Positions 48,382 to 57,327 of a stretch of 64,000 nucleotides of DNA are shown here, piece by piece. The number at the start of each line of letters is the position of its first letter. The first letter of the stretch is position 1. The stretch spans positions 2,560,001 to 2,624,000 of the forward strand of contig CBDASK010000003.1 in assembly GCA_965199495.1 (NCBI GenBank), written 5' to 3'. The DNA is from Abditibacterium sp. Lineage in GTDB: Bacteria; Armatimonadota; Abditibacteriia; Abditibacteriales; Abditibacteriaceae. The translations under genes and the position numbers were made by a program. Under the pieces are notes generated by a model. That model saw only the letters and a program-made list of their open reading frames with translations. It did not search any database and was not told the origin of the DNA.

Positions 48382-49823
48382 AAACGGCTCACTCCCATCC
48401 GTCGCAACACCCGGTCGCGGCCCAAAAATTCGAGCAATTCCCACAACGACGGCCCAACTGTTTGGCCCGAAACCAACATGCGCGTCGGATGAACCAACTG
48501 CGCGACTTTGACTTCTTCTTCGTCGGCCAATTCGCGGATGGCGCCCTCAAGAGCAGCCACGTCCCAGTTCTCCAACCTTTCAAAGCGCGCGCGCAAGCGG
48601 GTTTCGCGCTCCAAATTTTCTGGCGTCAGATGTTTGGCGCCTTTCTCGTCTTGGGCAAACTCGTCGGAGAAAAAATAAGTTGCGTTGCGCGCGATGTCGC
48701 CAATCGCGTGAATGCGTTGGCGCGCCATGTCGAGCGCGCCCAAGGCATAATCTTCGTTTTCGCTCAGCGCGCTTTCCAATTGCGGCAAATACGGTTTTGC
48801 GAGGTTCGCGAACTCTGCGATTGGCAGCGACTTGAGATAAGCCACGTTGATCCAGTCGAGTTTGTCGCGGTCGAAAATCGCGCCCGCCTTATTCACGCCT
48901 TCCAAAGTAAACGCGCTGATAAGTTCGGAGCGGCTGAAAAACTCCTGCGTTTCGCCGCCGCCGGGATTCCAGCCCAAAAGCGCCAACGCGTTAAACATCG
49001 CGTCGGGATAGATGCCCAAATCCTCGAAATCCAAAAGAGAAACCGTGTCAGCGTTGCGCTTGCTGAGTTTTTTGCGATCTTTGCCCAGCAAAAACGGCAG
49101 ATGCGCAAACGTCGGCGGCGCCCAGCCAAACGCCTGATAAATCAACAATTGGCGCGGCGTATTCGACAAACCGTCTTCGCCGCGAATGACGTGCGAAATT
49201 TCCATCAGATGATCGTCGCACGCGCAGGCAAAATTGTAGGTTGGGCCGCCGTCGCTTTTGCAAATCACGAAATCGTCAATGTTCTCGTTCTTCCACGTAA
49301 TCGAGCCGTAAACTGCATCGTCGAACGTGGTTTCGCCATCGGGAATTTTTAATCGCAAAACGCCTTTGCGACCTTCGCGCTTGAACGCTTCGATTTGCTC
49401 TGGCGTTAAATCGCGATGCGCGCCATTATAACGCGGCGCCTGCTTGTTTTGCTGCTGCTGCTCGCGCGTGGCTGCCAATTCTTCGGGCGTCTCGAAGGCG
49501 TAATAAGCGGCGCCTTTCTCGACTAATTCCTGCGCCAAAATCGCGTAAGTCTCGAAGCGCTCCGACTGGCGATATGGCCCAAACGGCCCGCCCTGTTGCG
49601 GGCCTTCGTCGGCATACAATCCGAGCCATTCGAGCGCGTCGTAAATGACTTTTTCAAATTCGGACGTGCCGCGCGCTTGGTCGGTATCTTCGATGCGCAG
49701 CACGAAAGTGCCGCGATGGTGGCGGGCAAACAGAAAATTAAATAAAGCGGTGCGCGCCGAGCCGACGTGGAACAAACCGGTCGGCGAAGGCGCCATGCGC
49801 ACGCGAATGGGAGCAGGTTTCAT
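48378..49823 (-). CDS. gltX: Glutamate--tRNA ligase
   Basis: APSPTGLFHVGS, RIEDTD, GPYRQSER, KLSKR. Confidence 0.96.
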   Translation of the reverse strand: MKPAPIRVRMAPSPTGLFHVGSARTALFNFLFARHHRGTFVLRIEDTDQARGTSEFEKVIYDALEWLGLYADEGPQQGGPFGPYRQSERFETYAILAQELVEKGAAYYAFETPEELAATREQQQQNKQAPRYNGAHRDLTPEQIEAFKREGRKGVLRLKIPDGETTFDDAVYGSITWKNENIDDFVICKSDGGPTYNFACACDDHLMEISHVIRGEDGLSNTPRQLLIYQAFGWAPPTFAHLPFLLGKDRKKLSKRNADTVSLLDFEDLGIYPDAMFNALALLGWNPGGGETQEFFSRSELISAFTLEGVNKAGAIFDRDKLDWINVAYLKSLPIAEFANLAKPYLPQLESALSENEDYALGALDMARQRIHAIGDIARNATYFFSDEFAQDEKGAKHLTPENLERETRLRARFERLENWDVAALEGAIRELADEEEVKVAQLVHPTRMLVSGQTVGPSLWELLEFLGRDRVLRRMGVSRL

Positions 49824-49987
49824 CGCGTGCCAGTTTACGCGGGATAGGCCAAACGCCAACGTTTTTACGGTCGGTTGAAGTTATAGAAGCCCGGACAACA
49901 GCCACGGCGACCGTGTTCCAACGCGACCAAAACGGCGGCGCTAATTTTCGCCTCGAAACCCAGTTGGCGACGACTTACGTCGGTTGA

Positions 49988-50058
49988 GCGGAGCTTGCGC
50001 TCTCTTCCAAACGGGAATTTTCCCCCGCTCCCGTGTTGGAAGAGAGCGCAAGCTCCGC
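49988..50058. repeat. GGAAG-type REP doublet related to 21110-21249
   Basis: gcggagcttgcgctctcttccaa ... ttggaagagagcgcaagctccgc. Confidence 0.8.
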
Positions 50059-50132
50059 CAATTCCGCCACCTAATTGGATAGGTTTTCAAGCGCTAATTT
50101 GGGCGCGAATCCCAAGTTTTAGCCTGTGACAT

Positions 50133-50172
50133 AAAAAACCGCGATTCGCCATGACAGGCGAATCGCGGTTTT
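50133..50172 (-). terminator. Intrinsic terminator of the 50205-51410 gene
   Basis: aaaaaaccgcgattcgcc-atgaca-ggcgaatcgcggtttt. Confidence 0.75.
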
Positions 50173-50204
50173 ATTTACGCGTCACCGCGCAGACGGCGCA
50201 TTTT

Positions 50205-51410
50205 CTAAGCGCCCGCCGCGACTTGTTCAAAGAACGCGGGAAACGGATTGGCGGCTTTGCCTTCGAGGTAGGCCAAAAACTGATTGGAGCGCACCACGCT
50301 GTCGTCTTTGGCTTTGAAGACGCGCGAGATTTGTTGCGGCCCATCGAGCGCGGTGACATCGCTCATCAACAACTGCTGCGCGCGCTTCATCGCTGGCTCC
50401 CATTCCTGCGTCGCGATTTCCAGCGTAATCAGAGTGGGCACGCGGCCTCGCCACGGCCCGGCCTGTTCGACTTTGCGAATTTCAGTTAAATCGCTGCGAA
50501 CCGGCGAATCGGCGGCAAAGGTCGGGAACTTGACCGCGCTCAGCAAGTTATCGGGCGCGGCCTCGCCCTCTTTGGGCGCGAGCTGGGCGCGCGTGAACGC
50601 CATAACTTTGGGGAATTCGCCCTGCGCGAGCCAGATGCTGTTCAGGCTGGCGGTCGCGCGTCCGATGGCTTCCTTATCATAGGGCGTTTCGGCCCAGAAC
50701 AGTTTGCCCCATTGCAGCGCGCGGTCGAACTGCTTGGCTTCGACGAGTTTGGCGACCAACCGTTCATACATCCAGCCCTGATGCCAGTCGAGCGCGCGCT
50801 GATTTTGCGGATCAAGAAACACCGGCATATCGTTCATCGTGTTTTCCAACAATGAGATGGTCTCTTGTGGCGTGGCTTTGTTGGCATCGAGCGCGTTGGC
50901 CCAATCGTTGAGCGTGCGCGAGGCGAACATTTGCAGGTGAGTATCATCACTGCGCGCGCCATCCACGATCATGGGACGGTTGGCCTTCAAAAGCGCGATG
51001 GCTTCGTCAATTTTGCTTTGACGCACCAGAAACGCGACTTTGCCGTCGAGATACATCACTTCGACCGGCCTTTTCGGGTCGTGAGCGGCGCGCACGCCAT
51101 CCATAGCCGCGTCCAACATTTTGAGCGCTTCGTCCGGTTTTTTGAGTTGAACGTCGGTGATCTGCGCGACCTGAAGCACGACTTCGGCGGCGACGTTGGG
51201 TTCGAGCTTGCGGCTGGTATAAAACGTCTGCAATTGCTCGATGGCCTGCGCGGGTTGATTGCGAAAAGTCTCGTCGCCGATCTGTTTGCGCACCTCAGTC
51301 AAATCATCCCAATCATTGGCCGCCCGCGCGGGCAAAGTGCCACCAACTAACAAAGCCACCGCTAACATCGCGGGCCACAGGCCACGCTTTTTGTGTTGAA
51401 TAATTTTCAT
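50205..51410 (-). CDS. Secreted alpha-helical (TPR-like) protein
   Basis: Signal peptide ending PARA; repeated amphipathic helices (PAQAIEQL, PDEALKML, IDEAIALL, FDRALQW). Confidence 0.65.
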   Translation of the reverse strand: MKIIQHKKRGLWPAMLAVALLVGGTLPARAANDWDDLTEVRKQIGDETFRNQPAQAIEQLQTFYTSRKLEPNVAAEVVLQVAQITDVQLKKPDEALKMLDAAMDGVRAAHDPKRPVEVMYLDGKVAFLVRQSKIDEAIALLKANRPMIVDGARSDDTHLQMFASRTLNDWANALDANKATPQETISLLENTMNDMPVFLDPQNQRALDWHQGWMYERLVAKLVEAKQFDRALQWGKLFWAETPYDKEAIGRATASLNSIWLAQGEFPKVMAFTRAQLAPKEGEAAPDNLLSAVKFPTFAADSPVRSDLTEIRKVEQAGPWRGRVPTLITLEIATQEWEPAMKRAQQLLMSDVTALDGPQQISRVFKAKDDSVVRSNQFLAYLEGKAANPFPAFFEQVAAGA

Positions 51411-51424
51411 TTTTTTGTCTTTCC

Positions 51425-51621
51425 TAAGAGTCACGCATTCGCGCCTCCCCCAGTTGCGCCTCTCATTGTCATGGGTGCGCAGTGAGGCACGAACGAAGTC
51501 GAAGCATCCACGATTCTGGACGAAACCAAAGCGAAGGCAACCCGCGACCTTTGGATTCTTCGACTTCGTTCGTGCCTCACTGCGCACCCATGACAAGTAG
51601 AGGCGCAACTCGTAACTCCTA
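51425..51621. mobile_element. MITE-like element related to 41155-41349
   Basis: Ends taagagtcacgca / cgtaactccta; ~58-bp inner arms containing ttgtcat...atgacaa. Confidence 0.6.
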
Positions 51622-51810
51622 TTTCCGATGGATTTTTCGCAGCAAATTCACTTTTGCGCACATACCAAAAAATTCTGGTTGACATCAAGGGCATCTCGGC
51701 ACTCAAAACTCATTGCTGCGGATAACAGCCAGTTTAGCCCTTCACTCAAATTATCAAACTACTCATTTATCGCTCTGATTTTACGATAAAATCGCCTAAT
51801 TACGCGTGAA

Positions 51811-51851
51811 TTGACAGAATATCACTTATTGATAAGTAGAGAGAGAGAGAG
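51811..51851 (+). promoter_or_regulatory. TTGACA, palindrome ACTTAT-TG-ATAAGT and (AG)7 tract in the divergent promoter region
   Basis: ttgacagaatatcacttattgataagtagagagagagagag. Confidence 0.45.
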
Positions 51852-51953
51852 TTGAATAAATGACAGTAAATCGCGTTTTATTTTCTGCTAACATATCAAG
51901 TGCTGGTGCAAAAACGTGAATTTTTGTGGCGACGCCCATCTCTCATTTCTCCG

Positions 51954-53462
51954 ATGCGACTTTCCGTCTTACGGCTCACACGCCAAAGTTTGTTAGCGAC
52001 TTTCCTCGTCGCGACTTGCGGTGTGAGTAGCCACGGCGGCGCGGCATGGGCGGGCGAGAAGGCATCGGACGAACCCGAAACGGTGGCGCCAGTCACCTTT
52101 GGCGCGGCGACAACGCCAGCGAAATCCTCCGGCGTGGCTGTGGGAGAACCTGAAGTGTTGGCACCCATCGGATTTGGCGCGGCGTCCGCGAAAACGCAGG
52201 TCGCGCCCTTGAATGTGAGCGGGACAAAACCAGCATCGGCGGCGCCCATCGGATTCGACTTGAGCAACACGGCGCGCGACGTGGCATTGACTCAGGTCAA
52301 AGCGGGCACGCTGACGCTGGAACAGGCGTGGCAAAGCGGCGCGTTGACTTACGATAATATCGCCGATTTGTTCGACCATCCCGCTGATCCGTGGGTTATC
52401 AACGAAAACAAAACTGATGGCGGTTTGCATCGCCAGCTTATCACTTTGCTATTGCAACACGAGGGCGCGCGGATGCAAAGCCCGGATAAAGTTTCGTTGC
52501 GAATGCGCTTGTGGCTGGCCGATTACTATTGGTCGCAAAGAGACGCCAAAGCCGTCGCGGTGGGCCAGAAATTGTTGAACGAGTTTCCGCCGCCCGCCCT
52601 TGGGCCGCAGATGATCGCCTATCAAGCCAACGAGCGCATCGCGTGGTTTTATCGTGACCAAAGGCAACCGCAGAAGAGCGCCGAGACGTGGCTCCATTGG
52701 AAAGCGTATCAGGGCGGCCCAGATTGGGCGCTCATCAACGCCAAACTGGAAGCGGCGCGCGAACTGGAAAAGGTGGGGCCAGAGAACGCCGGGCAGGTGA
52801 GCCAATTACGCCAAGAAATCGTCGCAGAAAAAGACGGTTGGATAACCGCTCTGGTTTATCACGACGAATATGACGCTCTGCTGGCGGCGGGCCAAACCGA
52901 AGCGGCGCGGCGCGCCTTGAGCCAACCGATAGAAGCGATAACTAACATCTCGCAAGGGCATATTGCTCAAAACGCGTGGCTGGCGAACATCGCTTACCAA
53001 TCGGGCGACTTGAACGAGACGTTACGCCTTACCAAAGAAGCGCTGGCGCAAAACATGGAAGGTGTGGGACAATCGTCGGTCAAAGGTTTGTTGGAACAAG
53101 CGCGCGAACTCTACAATCGCGCCGGAGGATGGAGAACTCAGCCCATCCAGACCGACACCAAAGAAGTCGTATTTCAAGCCAACCTCTCGCAACCCGACCA
53201 ACCGCTCTACGCGCGATTCCACATCAAAACGTATGGCGATACCTCGATCACTGCGAGTGTTGATAATCCCAATATTCAAGCGCGCGTGCTGCCAGTCAAT
53301 AACTGGCAGCACGCAGGTTTAAACGTGCACGAAGAAGAGATGGAGGTGATAGTTCAAAGCAATTCATTGAACAAATTCAAGGACGTGCCGCTCACGCTTT
53401 CGAGCGCGACGCGCGGCAAAACGACAACAATCCGACTTTCTCTGGTAGAAAAGTCGGCCTGA
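51954..53462 (+). CDS. Secreted TPR-like protein with C-terminal beta-rich domain
   Basis: Signal ending AAWA; three AP(V/I)xF repeats; helical repeats; beta-strand tail. Confidence 0.65.
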   Translation: MRLSVLRLTRQSLLATFLVATCGVSSHGGAAWAGEKASDEPETVAPVTFGAATTPAKSSGVAVGEPEVLAPIGFGAASAKTQVAPLNVSGTKPASAAPIGFDLSNTARDVALTQVKAGTLTLEQAWQSGALTYDNIADLFDHPADPWVINENKTDGGLHRQLITLLLQHEGARMQSPDKVSLRMRLWLADYYWSQRDAKAVAVGQKLLNEFPPPALGPQMIAYQANERIAWFYRDQRQPQKSAETWLHWKAYQGGPDWALINAKLEAARELEKVGPENAGQVSQLRQEIVAEKDGWITALVYHDEYDALLAAGQTEAARRALSQPIEAITNISQGHIAQNAWLANIAYQSGDLNETLRLTKEALAQNMEGVGQSSVKGLLEQARELYNRAGGWRTQPIQTDTKEVVFQANLSQPDQPLYARFHIKTYGDTSITASVDNPNIQARVLPVNNWQHAGLNVHEEEMEVIVQSNSLNKFKDVPLTLSSATRGKTTTIRLSLVEKSA

Positions 53463-53521
53463 CTTCCCTCACAACCGGCGTTCGAGAACGCCAAAATTCA
53501 ACGAGTTTTAAAACTCAAATC

Positions 53522-53881
53522 ATGAAACATCAAATTTCAAAAGTCGCGCTCATCGCGGCACTTGCCTTCATTGGCATCGGCTTCGCCGGAACTCAAAAAG
53601 CGAATGCGACCAATTGCGATCCCCAAGAGCCTGCTGATCATATCGATTGTGGTAGCACAACTATCTACAACGATGGAAGTTACTCTGGCTATTTAGTTTG
53701 TGAAGGCCAAGTGACTACCTTCGTAGGGGATGGAGGTTGCTGGGATACGGACGGCAATTGCCATGGTGATTCACAATATAGGGCATTCGTTGGAACAAAA
53801 CAATGCACGGATGCGCAAACGGGTGTAACGCAATCATGTGATTCGACATTCTACAATCGCTCAGGAGATTGTTACAGCTAA
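53522..53881 (+). CDS. Secreted 8-Cys miniprotein
   Basis: 29-aa signal ending ANA; 90-aa mature part with 8 Cys. Confidence 0.8.
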   Translation: MKHQISKVALIAALAFIGIGFAGTQKANATNCDPQEPADHIDCGSTTIYNDGSYSGYLVCEGQVTTFVGDGGCWDTDGNCHGDSQYRAFVGTKQCTDAQTGVTQSCDSTFYNRSGDCYS

Positions 53882-53897
53882 GGATCAGAAGATTCCG

Positions 53898-53948
53898 ACA
53901 ATTATAGTGGGGAAAATTAACTCAAATATTTCCACCCGCTATAATTGT
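53898..53948. terminator. Stem-loop after the miniprotein gene
   Basis: acaattatagtgggga...tccacccgctataattgt. Confidence 0.5.
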
Positions 53949-53973
53949 TGAGATTGTTTATCTTGATACAAAA

Positions 53974-55461
53974 ATGATCAATACAAAAAACACCAGAAAC
54001 GTAATTCTCAAATGGCATGTAGTAGTTCAGCTCTCTGCGCTCAGCCTTTTTCCCGTTTGTGCTACAGCCCAAGTTAAACAATCGTCGCCCATTTATACAG
54101 GTAGTGAGATTCCTGGAGATCCTGAAAATGGCACTAAAGATCTGAAAAACTTATTCAAATATTTGAAAGTTTTTCAAATAGCCAATGGCATTTATCCTTC
54201 CCGATCTAAGCCGATTACGGTTGATATTATCCGGAATCCGAAGACTTATGGATTTGAAACATCCAAAGAGGCTGTCGAATCTTTGGTGAATATGGATGAT
54301 AAATTCAATGATAATCCCTTCGTCAGATCTAATCCCAGGAGCGGACTTCCAGCTGTATTTTATAAGCGCCCCAATGGACAGGATATAGGCGAAATAAAGA
54401 AGAAAGGAGAAGTGGATGCTGTCGCTTTCTCTGATACTTATGTTCACTACAATGGAGGTGATGTATCGAAAAACATTCATCGGCCCAATCCTATTGGTTT
54501 TTACTTAGTCTTATATGAAGATGGAGCGATTGAAAGAGTTCCTTACGACAAGCAGTATTACGTCTATGGATCGGGGGGAAGCCCCGCAGGGCTTACGGGA
54601 CTAACATATACAGCGGCTTTTCCTCATCAAGCTGGAGTGCCTTACAACACCTTATCCTATGAGGAATATTGGGATGTGATTTTCGGGAGAAAAGCTTTCC
54701 CCTTTCCGCCACTTGGATATAGAACATTAAAGGGGAATCCACTGCCGGTTCCCGATAATGGAGAGGCTGAGGGAGTGTTGAACCTGCTAAGACAATGGCA
54801 ACCCAATATCGAAAGAAGTCAGGTTTGGGGCGCCCTCGACAAATTTGGCGCGAATAATCCTTCGCTTTCTGATTTGACTTCTGTTACAGATAAACTCGGC
54901 GTGAGCACTCAATTGCAAAAGTTGAGTTTGAAGGAGCTTCAACAGAAAGGTGTGCCTGCGCTAATGCTTTTACCTGATGATGGGCGCATAGTAGCCATGC
55001 TTGCCGTTGATTCTGATTTTGCAGTTATCATTGATAGAGGACGAACCTTCATTATTGAACTCGCAAAATTGCAAGAGCGTCTTGGAAATCAACAGTTTGA
55101 AGCCCTCGTGCCGACCAAAGCTCTGACACAAAACGCCGCGATTGTTGCCGACAACGCGGTGCGCGAAGTGAAGTTGCCCTCGCTCGATGCCGAAGTGCCG
55201 CAACAATTTACGTTGCGCAACACGGGAGCCACGCCGATTACGTTGCAACTGGAATATCCGTTGTTGGGCGTGACCGAATCGAAGTTGAGTAAAGACGTTA
55301 TCGCGCCGGGCGAGACGGCGACGCTCGACCTCAAAGTCAAGTGGCGCTCGATTCTCAAGGCGCCTTACCAGAACGTGTTAGTTTCGATTCAAACCAACGA
55401 TCCCATCGTACCGCGTTTGCAACTCGCGGTTTTGCTCACGCCGCCCAAAGCGGCTCAGTAA
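53974..55461 (+). CDS. Secreted multidomain protein: DUF1559-like domain + inactive C39-like domain + Ig-like (DUF1573-type) domain
   Basis: Signal ending ATA; SLSDL...KLGV...LKELQQKGVPALM...IID; FTLRNTGATPI...IAPGET...IQTNDP. Confidence 0.65.
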   Translation: MINTKNTRNVILKWHVVVQLSALSLFPVCATAQVKQSSPIYTGSEIPGDPENGTKDLKNLFKYLKVFQIANGIYPSRSKPITVDIIRNPKTYGFETSKEAVESLVNMDDKFNDNPFVRSNPRSGLPAVFYKRPNGQDIGEIKKKGEVDAVAFSDTYVHYNGGDVSKNIHRPNPIGFYLVLYEDGAIERVPYDKQYYVYGSGGSPAGLTGLTYTAAFPHQAGVPYNTLSYEEYWDVIFGRKAFPFPPLGYRTLKGNPLPVPDNGEAEGVLNLLRQWQPNIERSQVWGALDKFGANNPSLSDLTSVTDKLGVSTQLQKLSLKELQQKGVPALMLLPDDGRIVAMLAVDSDFAVIIDRGRTFIIELAKLQERLGNQQFEALVPTKALTQNAAIVADNAVREVKLPSLDAEVPQQFTLRNTGATPITLQLEYPLLGVTESKLSKDVIAPGETATLDLKVKWRSILKAPYQNVLVSIQTNDPIVPRLQLAVLLTPPKAAQ

Positions 55462-55463
55462 TT

Positions 55464-55494
55464 AAAAAGGGACGAGCGATGCTCGTCCCTTTTT
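55464..55494 (+). terminator. Intrinsic terminator
   Basis: aaaaagggacgagc-gat-gctcgtcccttttt. Confidence 0.75.
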
Positions 55495-55528
55495 GTTTTC
55501 ACTTCCTCTCTTCCCTCCCCTCTATCTC

Positions 55529-57253
55529 ATGAACTCGAAACCGTTTCTTCTCGGCCTGTGCTTGCTCTCGTCCGGCACCGTCGTTTTCGCTCAACCCCTC
55601 GCCGACCCGTTCGCTGCTTTTGTCGCAGCGCCCGTTGTTTCGCAGCGCCAAACCGTGTCGCTGGCGCAACTCGCCAAAATCGGCAAACCAGCTTTGCTGA
55701 ACTTGCGCGAACCGCTTAACGGTTCCAAGAGCGCTATGGTCATCGCGTGGGGCAAAGACGGCGTTTTGCTTTCGATGGATGGCGCGTTCGTCTTTCAGAC
55801 GATAGCACAAGCCGAGGCGCTTTATGACGGCAACGCGCTCGTGCCGACTTTGCCCGCGTCGGCGTTGCAGATTGAAAACGCGATGCAAGTCGTGCCGATC
55901 ACGTCGCTGGGCGACGATGCGCAGGTCATCGCGCATTACGCCGTGCGCAATACTGGCGCAACGCCGATTGATGTTTCGGTCGCCTCGACCTCGTGCGGTT
56001 GCACCGGCGCGACATTGGATAAAAGCACCATCGAAGCGGGCGGCAGCGCGATACTTACGGCGACGATGCACGCGTCGGACGAACGTCTGGTGCGCGTCAC
56101 GCTCAACAGCAACGACGCGGCCAATCCGCATCCGATTGTCGGCATTCAGTCCAAACGCACCTTCGCGCCGTTTCAAGTGCCGTCGCCGGTTTCGCTGTTT
56201 GGCGAGAAGGGCCAAATCATCAGCGCCAATACCGAGTTCGAGTTGCCCGTCGGCTGGAAGGTCGCGCGCGTCGTCGCATCGCCCGATTGGTTGCAAACCA
56301 AACTCGAACCGCAAGCCGCCGTCGCGAACGCGAACGCGACAGCGTTGCCGCGTTATCGTCTGGCGGTGACGGCGCCCGTTTCGGCGCCCGAAGGCACGCT
56401 GAGCGGGCAAATCAAACTCGAATTGACTGGTGCGCCCGTCAATTCGTTGTCGGTGCCGATTAGCGGTTTTGTCTCCAACGATATTTCGGCCTCGCCGCGC
56501 TTGATTAGCCTGAAAGATTCGCCGCAGGGTTTGGCGCGCCGCGTCGTGGTGATTCATGGCCCGCGTCCATTCTCGATTCGCGCGATTAAGTCGCCCTTAA
56601 AAGGTTTCGAGGCGCATTTCGAGCCGACGATTGAAGCCCGCGCGCACGCCGTCGAATTAGTCGTGCCCGTGGCTGGTCAAGTCGGCGCTGCGTTTTTCGA
56701 GCGCGCCGCCGTCACGCTTTCCGATGGCCGCGAATTGCCGCTCGACATCATGGGCAGCGTCGGCGAAGGCACGCTTCCGTCTTTGGCCGCTCCGGTCGTG
56801 TTGAACGCGCTCGCGCCCAAATTCAGCGGTTTGGACGCCGATGGCAAAACTGTCGCTTCGACGGATTACCTCGGCAAATCGAATTTGCTGTTGACGTTCT
56901 TTCCGCACTGTTTCACTGGAGGCTGCGAATCGCATTTATCGAGTCTGCGCGATGCTTATCCAGCGCTTGCAGCCACCGGCACGCGCGTCGTGGCTGTCTC
57001 GACCGACGATGCGGCGCAAGTCAAAGCGTTTGCCACTCAATTGAATTTGCCGTTTCCCGTCGTCAGCGATACCTCGCGCCAAATCGCGCTGGCGTTTGGC
57101 GCCGCACAAAACAAAAGCGAGGCGCCCTCGCGCATCTCGATTTTGATTGACAAGCGTGGCATCGTGCGTTGGATTGACACCGACGTTCACGTCAAATCGC
57201 ATGGCGCCGATATGCTAAGCAAAATCAACGAATTAAGTTTGAATGCGCGCTGA
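55529..57253 (+). CDS. Secreted DUF1573/Ig-repeat protein fused to an AhpC/TSA peroxiredoxin domain
   Basis: Signal; VRNTG...TSCGCT...SND; FFPHCFTGGC, VSTD, LPFPVVSD, R.SILIDKRGIVR. Confidence 0.8.
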   Translation: MNSKPFLLGLCLLSSGTVVFAQPLADPFAAFVAAPVVSQRQTVSLAQLAKIGKPALLNLREPLNGSKSAMVIAWGKDGVLLSMDGAFVFQTIAQAEALYDGNALVPTLPASALQIENAMQVVPITSLGDDAQVIAHYAVRNTGATPIDVSVASTSCGCTGATLDKSTIEAGGSAILTATMHASDERLVRVTLNSNDAANPHPIVGIQSKRTFAPFQVPSPVSLFGEKGQIISANTEFELPVGWKVARVVASPDWLQTKLEPQAAVANANATALPRYRLAVTAPVSAPEGTLSGQIKLELTGAPVNSLSVPISGFVSNDISASPRLISLKDSPQGLARRVVVIHGPRPFSIRAIKSPLKGFEAHFEPTIEARAHAVELVVPVAGQVGAAFFERAAVTLSDGRELPLDIMGSVGEGTLPSLAAPVVLNALAPKFSGLDADGKTVASTDYLGKSNLLLTFFPHCFTGGCESHLSSLRDAYPALAATGTRVVAVSTDDAAQVKAFATQLNLPFPVVSDTSRQIALAFGAAQNKSEAPSRISILIDKRGIVRWIDTDVHVKSHGADMLSKINELSLNAR

Positions 57254-57272
57254 ATATTTGCGGCGCTAAAAC

Positions 57273-57314
57273 CGAAAAAGCGGTTCCTTTTTGAATAAAG
57301 GAGCCGCTTTTTCG
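57273..57314. terminator. Bidirectional terminator
   Basis: cgaaaaagcggttccttt...aaaggagccgctttttcg. Confidence 0.75.
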
Positions 57315-57327
57315 TCACGCCAAAAAT

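Noticed and set aside
53522..57253. Classical double-glycine bacteriocin or RiPP cluster
   Set aside because: Leader is Sec-type, the C39-like domain lacks Cys/His, and there is no ABC exporter or modifying enzyme.
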